Source: Acutalibacteraceae bacterium
GTDB taxonomy: Bacteria; Bacillota; Clostridia; Oscillospirales; Acutalibacteraceae
Assembly: GCA_036309125.1 (NCBI GenBank)
Contig: JAXJUJ010000112.1
Location: 1,552 to 65,551, forward strand
Length of the DNA: 64,000 nucleotides
Reading direction: 5' to 3'
The notes beneath the pieces are model-generated. The model ran no database searches. It was not told the DNA's origin and was given only the letters and a program-made list of their open reading frames with translations. Each line of letters opens with the position of its first letter. Positions within the stretch are counted from its first letter, which is position 1. Both the position numbers and the translations under genes were made by a program. Positions 15,127-24,301 of the stretch are shown piece after piece.

Positions 15127-16589
15127 CAGATATGCTCTCTCCTTTTCTTGAAAATTTCAATGTGTTCACGTTCTGAAAACGGAACATACTCACCGTTAAT
15201 CTTCATATATTGCTCATGGCCTTTTCCTGCCAGCAGAAGAATATCACCTTTTTCAAGTAAAGATAAAGCATATTCAACTGCTTCACCTCTGTCAGGTATA
15301 CCGATATATTCTCCACCGGCTTGATTAACATAATAACCGATTTCATTAATTATATTGCACGGGTCTTCGAAATCAGGATCATCAGAGGTGAGAATTGATA
15401 AATCACATTCCTTACCTGTAATAAGTCCTAATTCTTTTCTTCTCAGTTGTGTACGACCACCGACAGCACCATACAAAGCAATGATTCTGTTATGCGGATA
15501 GCCCTTAAGTGTATCCAGCATGCTCTTCATACTGATTCCGTTATGTGCATAGTCAATGATAACATCAAAGTCATCACAAACATATACACACTCTGCTCTA
15601 CCACGAACTCTTATTTCCTTAAGAGCCTCGGTGTGTTCAGCTGCATTGATACCTAAAGCATTCAGTACAGCAAAAGCAGCAAGTGCGTTATAAACATTGA
15701 ACAAACCCGGCAATGCTACTTCGGTATAAAATTCTGTATCATTAATTTTACATATAAATGAAATGCCTATAAATTTATTGTTTTTGAGTAATTTAACATC
15801 TTTAGCAACCACATCACCATTCTTCAGGCTGTATGTCGTTACAGGAGATGTACAATTTTTCAGCATCTCTGTATACGCAGGATCATCAGTATTGACTACG
15901 GCTTTATCAGCAATCTCGAACAAAACAGATTTCCAATACATGTAATCCTCAAAATCAGGATGTTCATTAGGTCCGATGTGATCAGGTGACAGATTAGTAA
16001 ATACACCAACCTCGAAATCTACACAATCTACCCTATGAGCCATAAGTCCTATTGACGACACTTCAATCACACAAGCTTTACACCCGTTATCAAGCATAAT
16101 TCTGAAAATTTTCTGAAGCTCATAGCTTTCAGGTGTAGTGTTAACTGTAGGTATTTCGATATCATCATAATAAGCACCTACAGTGCCTATAATTCCACAC
16201 TTAATTCCCGCTGATTCAAGCAAAGCTTTAACGAGATGAGCAGTCGATGTTTTCCCTTTTGTGCCCGTAATACCTATTACTTTAAGCTTTTTTGTAGGAT
16301 GATCGAAAAAGTTCGCGGAAATTTGAGCGAGCACAGCTCTTGTGTTTTCAACGATTATCTGAATTGCATCTTCGGGCAATTCAAGTTTGCGTTCAACAAA
16401 AAAGCATCTGCAACCGCTATTATATGCCTTCGAAGCATACTCGTGTCCGTCAAATCTTGCGCCGCATAAACAAACAAATGCTGTCTGCTCCTCAGCTTTT
16501 CTCGAGTCATAAACAATATCTTTAATGTCTGAATCAACAAAGCAATCACTATCAAAATCGATTCCTTTGATTATTTCACTTAAAAGCAT
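15126..16589 (-). CDS. murE: UDP-MurNAc-L-Ala-D-Glu:diamino acid ligase MurE (motif suggests a non-meso-DAP type)
   Basis: 487 aa. GITGTKGKTST P-loop and Mur ligase domains. DDPD (15372-15383) occupies the position of the DNPR motif. Confidence 0.9.
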   Translation of the reverse strand: MLLSEIIKGIDFDSDCFVDSDIKDIVYDSRKAEEQTAFVCLCGARFDGHEYASKAYNSGCRCFFVERKLELPEDAIQIIVENTRAVLAQISANFFDHPTKKLKVIGITGTKGKTSTAHLVKALLESAGIKCGIIGTVGAYYDDIEIPTVNTTPESYELQKIFRIMLDNGCKACVIEVSSIGLMAHRVDCVDFEVGVFTNLSPDHIGPNEHPDFEDYMYWKSVLFEIADKAVVNTDDPAYTEMLKNCTSPVTTYSLKNGDVVAKDVKLLKNNKFIGISFICKINDTEFYTEVALPGLFNVYNALAAFAVLNALGINAAEHTEALKEIRVRGRAECVYVCDDFDVIIDYAHNGISMKSMLDTLKGYPHNRIIALYGAVGGRTQLRRKELGLITGKECDLSILTSDDPDFEDPCNIINEIGYYVNQAGGEYIGIPDRGEAVEYALSLLEKGDILLLAGKGHEQYMKINGEYVPFSEREHIEIFKKRREHI

Positions 16590-16603
16590 ACACTGCCTCC
16601 ATA

Positions 16604-17839
16604 TTATAACGCCTTACGTAAAAGAGCATCCTTCGGTATTTCAAACTCACTCTCAAAACTAAAAATCATCATAGGATGAGGTGCTTTTTCAATCAGCTCA
16701 CCAGCTTCGTTACGAAGATCAGTGATAGTGATTTCATAGGGCTTAGCACCTCTTTGCAACACTTCAAGAGTGTCGCCTTCAAAAATTCGGTTACGTTGAC
16801 GAGCGTACACTCTGCCATCTTTATAGTCTACAACTTCAGCCATAACACTCCAGTCACGTTTATAGCCACCATCATAATATATCTGTGCATTTTCTGTAGG
16901 ATGACCATAGTAAAATCCGGTACAATATTCTCGGCTGCTCATTTTATACATTTCATCAATAACCCATTGTTCCGGCTTGTATGTATCTACAGGATTTTTG
17001 AGATATCCGTCTATAGCCTGCCTGTAAGCGTTTGTAACAACAGAAGTATAATAAGCTGACTTAGCGCGTCCTTCGATTTTAAAACTCGTAATACCGGCTT
17101 TAACAAGATCAGGTATATGCTCAATCATACACATATCCTTGGAATTCATAATAAATGTGCCACTTTCATCCTCATCAACAGGAAGATATTCACCGGGACG
17201 TGTCTTTTCCATGAGAGCATATTGCCATCTGCACGGCTGAGCACAATCCCCTCTGTTAGAATCTCTTCCAACAAGGTAGTTTGAAAGCAGACATCTGCCT
17301 GAAAAAGATACGCACATAGCACCATGTACAAAACACTCGATTTCAAGATCTTTTGGTGTTTTTATACGAAGTTCAGCAATATCTTCCATAGACAATTCGC
17401 GTGCAGTAACTATTCTTGACGCTCCGAGATTATACCATTCATTGGCTGAAGCATAATTAGTAATACCGGCCTGAGTTGATATATGAATATCAACATCAGG
17501 CGTGTATTTCTTAGCTAATGACATTACACCTAAATCTGAAATAATGAAAGCATCAACACCTGCTTGTGCTGAATCAATTAAAAATTGAGGTAAAGAATCA
17601 ATTTCATTGTTTCTGGGTACGGTATTACACGTCAGATAAACTTTAACACCCTTTTCATGGGCAGCCTTACACGCTTTCTCGAGCTCAGCAGTAGTAAAGT
17701 TTGAAGGGGCTGCACGCATTGAAAAAGCGGAACCGCCAAGGTATATAGCATCTGCACCAAAATACAGAGCTCTTTCAAAACGTTCCATGTCGCCTGCAGG
17801 TGACAGAAGTTCAGGAACTAAAGCTTTAGTTGTTTCCAT
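16604..17839 (-). CDS. peptidase U32 family protein
   Basis: 411 aa. ELLSPAG..., GADAIYLG and E..VHGA.C...SGRC motifs of the U32 family. Confidence 0.85.
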   Translation of the reverse strand: METTKALVPELLSPAGDMERFERALYFGADAIYLGGSAFSMRAAPSNFTTAELEKACKAAHEKGVKVYLTCNTVPRNNEIDSLPQFLIDSAQAGVDAFIISDLGVMSLAKKYTPDVDIHISTQAGITNYASANEWYNLGASRIVTARELSMEDIAELRIKTPKDLEIECFVHGAMCVSFSGRCLLSNYLVGRDSNRGDCAQPCRWQYALMEKTRPGEYLPVDEDESGTFIMNSKDMCMIEHIPDLVKAGITSFKIEGRAKSAYYTSVVTNAYRQAIDGYLKNPVDTYKPEQWVIDEMYKMSSREYCTGFYYGHPTENAQIYYDGGYKRDWSVMAEVVDYKDGRVYARQRNRIFEGDTLEVLQRGAKPYEITITDLRNEAGELIEKAPHPMMIFSFESEFEIPKDALLRKAL

Positions 17840-17850
17840 AAGGTACTCCG

Positions 17851-19272
17851 TTAATCTTTATTGTTAGCCTGTATAATCTTAACAAGATTTGTATTGTGTT
17901 CATCAAGAGTTGCCGCGAGATAAATTTTACCACTGTTATCATGAGCGAAATAATAATAATTGGTGCTTTCAGGATAAAGTGCTGCTTTAATAGCGTCCAT
18001 ACCCGGATTACAAATGGGTCCGGGAGGAAGACCTTTATTAGATCTTGTATCATAATAACTGTAATAAGACAAGCCTGCTGCATCACCAACAATCGGAGTA
18101 ACATAATTGCTTACATATAATCCGGTAGAGTCACAACCAAGAGTCGGATATCTCGCATCATTGTTAAGTCTGTTGTGAATAATCGATGAAATGGTTTTCA
18201 TCTGCTCAACATTGTCAGCTTCTTTCTGAATAATAGAAGCAATGATAATAATCTCATCACAGGTGTAACCGAGTTTATCAGCCCTTGCCTGATATTCATC
18301 AGTCCACTTGCTTTCAAAGTTATCCAAGAATTTTTTAATTACATAGTTAGTATCGGCACCAACATAGAAATCGTATGTGTCCGGGAACAAATAACCTTCA
18401 AGCTTAAGATAGCGTTTATTATCATCTTCAATTTCAATGAAGAAATCGTACGAATAATTAGACCTGATAGTTGAATAAAGCTTACTAGCCTCACTGACAT
18501 CATTTTTTTCAAGCTTTTCAAATATCTGTTGAACGGTCCATCCCTCAGGGAAAGAAAGCTTGATAGTTTCAGCTGTAACAGGAGATACCATCATATCTCT
18601 GAGCATACCTTCGAGTCCCATGCTGCTTTGAAGATAATATTTACCACTAAGATATGTTTCTTCATCAAAATCACGATACTGAGTAAACAATTTGCAGAAA
18701 AGTCTATTTTTAATCAGATCGTTATCATAAAGAATGTCTATTACTTCTTCATAATTTGAATCTTCCGGAATTGTAATTTCTACACTTTCATCACTTCTGT
18801 TAATAGCAAGCATATCTCCTATGCAAGAAATACCTATATAAGAAAGGATCGAAGTAGTAACTATGATAACAGCTAAAAAGATAAGAGCTGCTCTGCCACC
18901 AATACTTTTTCTCTTTAGTGTGTTGTTTTTTCCATTAGTTGAATCAGTTGTTTTTTTGTTAAGCTGCTCTGCAGCATTAGACTTAACAGGTTTATTTTGC
19001 TGAACAGGTCTGATATTATTCTGTTGCTGTGCATTACGATTTTTCTGATAATTAGAAAAATAGATGCCACCGCTGTTACCCTGAGGTTTAGCAGAAGATT
19101 CCTCAGACTGAGTATCAACAAGAGATTCATCAATATGAAGTACAAACTTTTTATTTGTACCGTTACCCGATGTTTGTTCGGTATTTCTGCCATTATCCCT
19201 GCCGATAGCAGAATATTCTTCTAAGATTCGATTGAGGTCTAATTCAGAATCTCTTGAATTTCCATCCTTCAT
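17851..19272 (-). CDS. mltG: endolytic murein transglycosylase MltG (YceG-like) with a long N-terminal extension
   Basis: 473 aa. TM segment followed by a YceG domain (ASIIQKEA, LGCDST, YDTRSNKGLPPGPICNPG, YYYFAHD). Confidence 0.85.
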   Translation of the reverse strand: MKDGNSRDSELDLNRILEEYSAIGRDNGRNTEQTSGNGTNKKFVLHIDESLVDTQSEESSAKPQGNSGGIYFSNYQKNRNAQQQNNIRPVQQNKPVKSNAAEQLNKKTTDSTNGKNNTLKRKSIGGRAALIFLAVIIVTTSILSYIGISCIGDMLAINRSDESVEITIPEDSNYEEVIDILYDNDLIKNRLFCKLFTQYRDFDEETYLSGKYYLQSSMGLEGMLRDMMVSPVTAETIKLSFPEGWTVQQIFEKLEKNDVSEASKLYSTIRSNYSYDFFIEIEDDNKRYLKLEGYLFPDTYDFYVGADTNYVIKKFLDNFESKWTDEYQARADKLGYTCDEIIIIASIIQKEADNVEQMKTISSIIHNRLNNDARYPTLGCDSTGLYVSNYVTPIVGDAAGLSYYSYYDTRSNKGLPPGPICNPGMDAIKAALYPESTNYYYFAHDNSGKIYLAATLDEHNTNLVKIIQANNKD

Positions 19273-19288
19273 TCAATTATCTCCTTCC

Positions 19289-19834
19289 TCAAAACGGACA
19301 CTGCAACGATAATTTAATGCGTTCCGCCGTATTTTTATCTAGTAAATTAGCAACTATCTCTCTGCTGAAGTCGATAGCTGCACCCATTCCCTTTGCAGTA
19401 ATTATTTTGCCGTCTGTGCAGACGAAATCTTTACTTACATCAGCGCCTTCCAGTTCATCTTCAAATCCCGGGAAACAACAAGCAACCTTACCTTTTAAAA
19501 GACCTTTATGTCCAAGTATTGAAGGTGCTGCACATATGGCACATAAATACTTATCTTTTTCTGCACAAAAATCAATAAAATCATTTACTGTCTTATTAGC
19601 TTCAAGATTAAGTGTTCCCGGCATACCTCCGGGAAGAATTACAGCTTCGATTTCATCACTGACAGAAACTTCATTCTCATCAAGATCGCAAAATACCGGA
19701 ATATTATGTGAACCCGTTATTATCTTCCCACCGATGCCAACAGTATAAACTTCCATCTCAGCACGACGCAAATAGTCAACGACAGTCAAAGCTTCAATTT
19801 CTTCAAAACCTTTTGCTAAAAAAACATAAATCAT
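19289..19834 (-). CDS. DJ-1/PfpI family protein
   Basis: 181 aa. LPGG and nucleophile-elbow AICAAP motifs. Confidence 0.85.
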   Translation of the reverse strand: MIYVFLAKGFEEIEALTVVDYLRRAEMEVYTVGIGGKIITGSHNIPVFCDLDENEVSVSDEIEAVILPGGMPGTLNLEANKTVNDFIDFCAEKDKYLCAICAAPSILGHKGLLKGKVACCFPGFEDELEGADVSKDFVCTDGKIITAKGMGAAIDFSREIVANLLDKNTAERIKLSLQCPF

Positions 19835-19846
19835 TTTAATTGCCTC

Positions 19847-20689
19847 TCAATCGAGATACATAGAAGCATAAAGATCCTGATGCATCTCCAAATAATCCAT
19901 TAATTCATTACACAGCGGAAGAGCCATACCACATTTTGTATACACTCCCACTATATCTTTATTATTATACACTATCGGAGTTGAAATGTAAATATTTTCT
20001 GTACTTTTGTCAACAAAAAAATTATACAAATAATCATAATTGTCAATTTTTTCGGTTAAATATTCCTTGACAACTAATGACTTATCATTGTAATAAGTAA
20101 AGAAAAGTGTATCATCATTAAGTAAATGTATTTCTCCACCATTGTACAGATGTTCTTTAATCGTATATTCTGTAACATCTGCCGAAAACTGAAAACCATC
20201 AACTTTATTTTGCAGACGTCTTTTCAATTTTAAAATTTTCTCAATATCAGTTGTGCAGTAATTTGTGTTTGTATTTTCTTCTGAATTTTTAATTCTAAGC
20301 ACTTTCTTTCGGAAAGATGGTATGAAACCGAATTTAGCATAATATGAATACAACTCCGGATTAGCCGGTACAAGAAATATAGACGAATAACCTTGATCTT
20401 TACAATATGCAATAGCATAATTAATCAAATAACTCATAAGACCCTTTTTTCTGAAATCGGTATGAGTGCATGCAGCATAAAGATACTTGCTTTTTTCTCC
20501 AGCCAGCTCCCCTTCCAAAAGAAAAAACATTGAAACGACGCTATTATCCACAATATCTGCGATACACAAATAATCAGGACACTCATCCAGAAAAAAATTG
20601 ATATACTCAGCAGAATCCCCAAAAGAATGCTTCCAAAGTTCAATAACTTTTTCTCTGATAATATTTTCAGGTGTAAAAACTTTAATCAA
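19847..20689 (-). CDS. GNAT family N-acetyltransferase
   Basis: 280 aa. The acetyl-CoA binding-type segment FRKKGLMSYLINYAI fits the GNAT motif A context. Confidence 0.65.
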   Translation of the reverse strand: MIKVFTPENIIREKVIELWKHSFGDSAEYINFFLDECPDYLCIADIVDNSVVSMFFLLEGELAGEKSKYLYAACTHTDFRKKGLMSYLINYAIAYCKDQGYSSIFLVPANPELYSYYAKFGFIPSFRKKVLRIKNSEENTNTNYCTTDIEKILKLKRRLQNKVDGFQFSADVTEYTIKEHLYNGGEIHLLNDDTLFFTYYNDKSLVVKEYLTEKIDNYDYLYNFFVDKSTENIYISTPIVYNNKDIVGVYTKCGMALPLCNELMDYLEMHQDLYASMYLD

Positions 20690-21552
20690 ATCTTCACCGC
20701 CGTATACTTTTCCAATAAAATTTCAGGGTAATAAGAAAGTTTTGCTTTTCTGAGTCCTTCAGAACCTAAATCATCTTCACGATTGACAAATTCAAAATCA
20801 TTCAGACTATTAAGTGCAAATTGATTATTAATCATCGGATAAGCACCGCGGACAGCTGAAAAAGCTTTTTCAAAGTGCGTAACAAAAACATTATCATTAA
20901 GCTTTTCTCCAAACGTAAAAGCAACAACTTCATCATCGATCTTAAGAACCCCTCCGATAAAACCGAACTTCCTGAAATTCTCAAAAGAAAATTCAAGTAC
21001 CTTTCGCTCTGCATCTATACCTATAGGATCTTTATCAACATTTAATTCATACCACTTTTCATTCATAGCTATACATTCACCGATATTATCCTGATTAATT
21101 TCTTCATAGCTCCAATTGTAGTTCTTCATAAAAAACGAAATATGATTGCGCTTCGAATGATATTTTTTACCCGAAAGAGTAGCGAGATCCGAAACTCGAT
21201 AGATATAATCAAATGAATTTCTCGAAGGATAGAACACATACTCTCCCGGAAAAACTTCTTCAAGTAAATCCTTCTCTTCTGTTGTCAGTCCGTAAAAAGA
21301 AGGATATTCATATTCGCTTTTGAGAGCCTTTAAAGAGTTTTTCCAATTTAACCCTTTAGGAAATCCGAACACTTCATTTTTAACAATTTTAGCTACAAGA
21401 CAATCCTCGATACATGCTATTTGCGCACCGTAATGCGATGACCATCCGATCAGATTACTGAGTGCATATTCACAGCTCATAGGTTGTGCTTGATCAAGAA
21501 CTCTTTTTAACCAATCAAAATCATTCATTGTTGGTTGATGAAAATCAAACAT
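20686..21552 (-). CDS. DUF2156 (MprF C-terminal-like) domain protein
   Basis: 288 aa. Overall similarity, as I recall it, to the stand-alone phosphatidylglycerol lysyltransferase C-terminal domain family (KRNHISFF, LRKAKLSYYP). Confidence 0.6.
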   Translation of the reverse strand: MFDFHQPTMNDFDWLKRVLDQAQPMSCEYALSNLIGWSSHYGAQIACIEDCLVAKIVKNEVFGFPKGLNWKNSLKALKSEYEYPSFYGLTTEEKDLLEEVFPGEYVFYPSRNSFDYIYRVSDLATLSGKKYHSKRNHISFFMKNYNWSYEEINQDNIGECIAMNEKWYELNVDKDPIGIDAERKVLEFSFENFRKFGFIGGVLKIDDEVVAFTFGEKLNDNVFVTHFEKAFSAVRGAYPMINNQFALNSLNDFEFVNREDDLGSEGLRKAKLSYYPEILLEKYTAVKI

Positions 21553-22213
21553 CCGTTAACTCCTCAGACACAATTTTAAAGATTTCTTCGCCAATATCAT
21601 CAATACTGCGAGGTTCATCACCATCATTGCATTTAATTACATGCCATCCCATTTCATCGGCAGCAACAAGTGCAGCTTCGCGGCATTTAAGAAGATATTC
21701 AATGTTGCTTTCATGAATGTCTTTCTTTGATTCATCGCCGCTGTAACGTTTGCTCATCATTTTCTGTGAAATTTCGATAGGCATATCAAGATAAATTACA
21801 GCATCAGGCTTCGGAATTCCGATCAAGTTATATTCAAAATCTTCAAGCCAATCAAAATATTCTGACCAACATTCTCTATGAATTTTTGTAGACTGATGAT
21901 ATGCATTTGATGTAGTGTATCTGTCTGAAATTATTATATCTCCGTTATCATAAAAATCCTTCCATTTTGTTTTGAAATTAGCAAAACGGTCTACAGCATA
22001 AAATGCTGAGGCAGCATATGCATTTACGTCATCAGGATTTTTACCGAATTCACCGTAAAGATACATTTTTACAAGTGAGCTTGACGGACTGTCATAATCC
22101 GGAAGTTTTATCTGATGTATCTGCTTGTCCGATAATTTTGATTTAAGAAGCTCTATCTGCGTTGATTTCCCGCTACCGTCAAGACCTTCAATAACTATTA
22201 ATTTACCTCTCAT
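21545..22213 (-). CDS. tmk: thymidylate kinase family protein
   Basis: 222 aa. P-loop IEGLDGSGKST and a DRY..S..AYQ-type motif (DRYTTSNAYHQ). Confidence 0.8.
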   Translation of the reverse strand: MRGKLIVIEGLDGSGKSTQIELLKSKLSDKQIHQIKLPDYDSPSSSLVKMYLYGEFGKNPDDVNAYAASAFYAVDRFANFKTKWKDFYDNGDIIISDRYTTSNAYHQSTKIHRECWSEYFDWLEDFEYNLIGIPKPDAVIYLDMPIEISQKMMSKRYSGDESKKDIHESNIEYLLKCREAALVAADEMGWHVIKCNDGDEPRSIDDIGEEIFKIVSEELTDV

Positions 22214-22280
22214 TACATATCACCTCTATTATATTATAACTATTTTTTCAATATAATCAACTACAAAAGGTTACAAATTC

Positions 22281-22314
22281 CAACAAAAGAATACGCAGTC
22301 CTTCAGGACTGCGT
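22281..22314 (-). terminator. rho-independent terminator downstream of the DUF2804 gene
   Basis: Stem ACGCAGTCC / GGACTGCGT (22293-22301 / 22306-22314) with loop TTCA. It is followed on the minus strand by ATTCTTTTGTTG. Confidence 0.75.
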
Positions 22315-22319
22315 AAACG

Positions 22320-23371
22320 TTACCATTTATTATGTACTCTTTCAGCAAAAATTAACTTATCTTTAACCTCGATTACAGTTCCATCATCAAGCATTGCCGT
22401 TCCTGAAATCAAACCAAAACCTGGTGTGGTATCATACAAATAATCTTAAGATCAATCGGCGCTACACGGTCAATGATAGGTTTGAAGCTCATTTCAAAAC
22501 GTCCGTCATTACTTGTAAATGTCCAATCAGACATATAATCGAAGTCACCGTTTTTCATCGGAATATTGAATTTTACCTGATCAAGCTTATGTGCTTTACC
22601 ATTGTAGAAAAGCATATTTTCACTTGCCGCGGATGTATTACCGAAACCATAGCCGATATTAAAACCGAAAACGTTTCCGTCATCAAGAACCATCTGTCCG
22701 CTTCCCCAGTACCACGTGTTGTCATAAGTCCACACGCCGCGACCCCAGTCGAGCGTAGCAAGTGCTTTATTTTCTTCATTAAATACCCAGTCAATATCAT
22801 CGTACTTAACAAAGCCGTCGGCTTTCATACAGTTAATTTTCTGGTTATAATAAAAATGTTTGTCTTTATCGAACGGAGTAGCAATTACCATACTCTCTTC
22901 AGGAAAATCTGTGAGCTTAACGTCAAATGTCAATGTTTTACCACTATTGCAGTAATTTTCATATTTGCCGAAAAGATGACGTACTTTACCATCATTGTTA
23001 AATGTAACATCAAAGGTGCCCGCCTTCGTGCTGACATCGCCTCTGACACTGGTAGAAGGCATATTAACTTTACCCAAGGGAAGAATGCCCAATTCGCTGT
23101 CATTCATCTGAAAAGGCTTATCACCGAATTTAAGCAAAGACACAGACAAACTACTTACATATCCTACGTCAGAAACTGTAAGACAAAGTCCGTAATCCTG
23201 AGTGCCGATATAATAATAATCCCACTCCTTGATACGAAGTTTACTAGCTTTTATAGCTTTACGGTCATATTTCCACAGAAGTTTTTTAGCAAAACCGGGT
23301 TCAGCGATATTCCCTTTTGAATCGAGCAATGGCTGTTCTGAAGTAATTTCGTGCTGAGTAAATTCAAACAT
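22320..23371 (-). pseudogene. DUF2804 family protein gene interrupted by a 1-nt frameshift near the 3' end (or a sequencing error)
   Basis: The ORF 22409-23371 (320 aa, WGRGVWTYDNTWYWGSG motif) stops early. The adjacent frame continues GFGLISGTAMLDDGTVIEVKDKLIFAERVHNKW* and ends at 22320, just before the terminator. The span is 1052 nt, not a multiple of 3. Confidence 0.6.
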
Positions 23372-23380
23372 TAAATCACC

Positions 23381-24292
23381 TTATTTTCTCATTTTTGCAA
23401 GATCGCGATAATTTATAAGCTTGAATCCGAGAGACTCGATATGCTGTCTGGTCTGCGGATCCTTAAGGATCTGATACTCCCATACTCTTCTCTGCCAAGC
23501 ACCTGTTGTTCCCTTAAGGTCATCTGTTTCAAGAGAAGGATGCATATATGTCTCGGTTACAGCATCATCCGGGAAATGTCTGTAAAGCTCATAAATATAT
23601 TCCTTGAAGTTGTCGTAGCTCTCGTCCTGCGGTCCGCCCCATTCATTAGGAATAAGGAAGTCCGGAATTGCAACACCCTTCATATCAGCATAAGAAACTA
23701 TGTTCGAAAGTAAACCTTTAACCATTTCTTTGTCTACCTTGATTTCAAGCATTGTGTTATCAAAAACTTCATCAGGAAGAATTTTCGGAAAACGGAAAGG
23801 AAGACCGTAATCAGAAGCAACATCAAAAGCTACGTTAAGGAGCTCAAAACGGCCTGTCTCGATACCGTAGATTGAACCCATATGGTTATCGACATGAGAA
23901 GGATTCGTAAGACCAAGCTTCTTAAGTCTTTCTATCTGAGCTCTGCACTCTGCTTCAATTTCATCGATATCAGCATTGATTTCAACCTGATCGCTTTCAT
24001 GATAGAAGAAACCATCCTCATCTCTGAGAGAATCAGTGTTTGAAGCACCGACAGGTGCCCAACGATACTTGCTCCATTCACTTGTGAAAGTCCAGTGAAC
24101 ACCTATACCAAGCTCAGGATTTTCTTTAGCAAACTGTGCTGCTTCGGGAGCCCATGCACACGGAGCCATAATAGTAGAAGATGTGAGTGCACTGTCAGGA
24201 TCTTTAAAAAGATCCATGACAGCAAGGTTAGCACCTCTGCACATTCCAAAATCATCAGCATTTATAATAAGATACTTACTCATTCTGATCAC
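23381..24292 (-). CDS. ChbG/YdjC family carbohydrate deacetylase
   Basis: 303 aa. N-terminal LIINADDFGM and downstream HxDxH-type segment (SHVDNHMG) are typical of the YdjC family. Confidence 0.8.
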   Translation of the reverse strand: MIRMSKYLIINADDFGMCRGANLAVMDLFKDPDSALTSSTIMAPCAWAPEAAQFAKENPELGIGVHWTFTSEWSKYRWAPVGASNTDSLRDEDGFFYHESDQVEINADIDEIEAECRAQIERLKKLGLTNPSHVDNHMGSIYGIETGRFELLNVAFDVASDYGLPFRFPKILPDEVFDNTMLEIKVDKEMVKGLLSNIVSYADMKGVAIPDFLIPNEWGGPQDESYDNFKEYIYELYRHFPDDAVTETYMHPSLETDDLKGTTGAWQRRVWEYQILKDPQTRQHIESLGFKLINYRDLAKMRK

Positions 24293-24301
24293 CTATCCTG
24301 A

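Noticed and set aside
19254-19748. 164-aa plus-strand ORF
   Set aside because: It is a shadow ORF opposite the well-supported DJ-1/PfpI gene and has Ser/Pro/Leu-rich nonsense composition.
19847-22213. GNAT, DUF2156 and thymidylate-kinase-like trio as a possible novel nucleotide-modification or toxin system
   Set aside because: The genes have host-like composition and tight operon spacing within a housekeeping block. No mobile-element signatures or partner antitoxin-like small ORFs are present, so there is nothing in the sequence to support more than the individual family calls.
22394-23320. 308-aa plus-strand ORF
   Set aside because: It lies entirely antisense to the DUF2804 gene, which has clear family motifs. 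It has an Ile/Phe/Lys-rich shadow-frame composition and no RBS.
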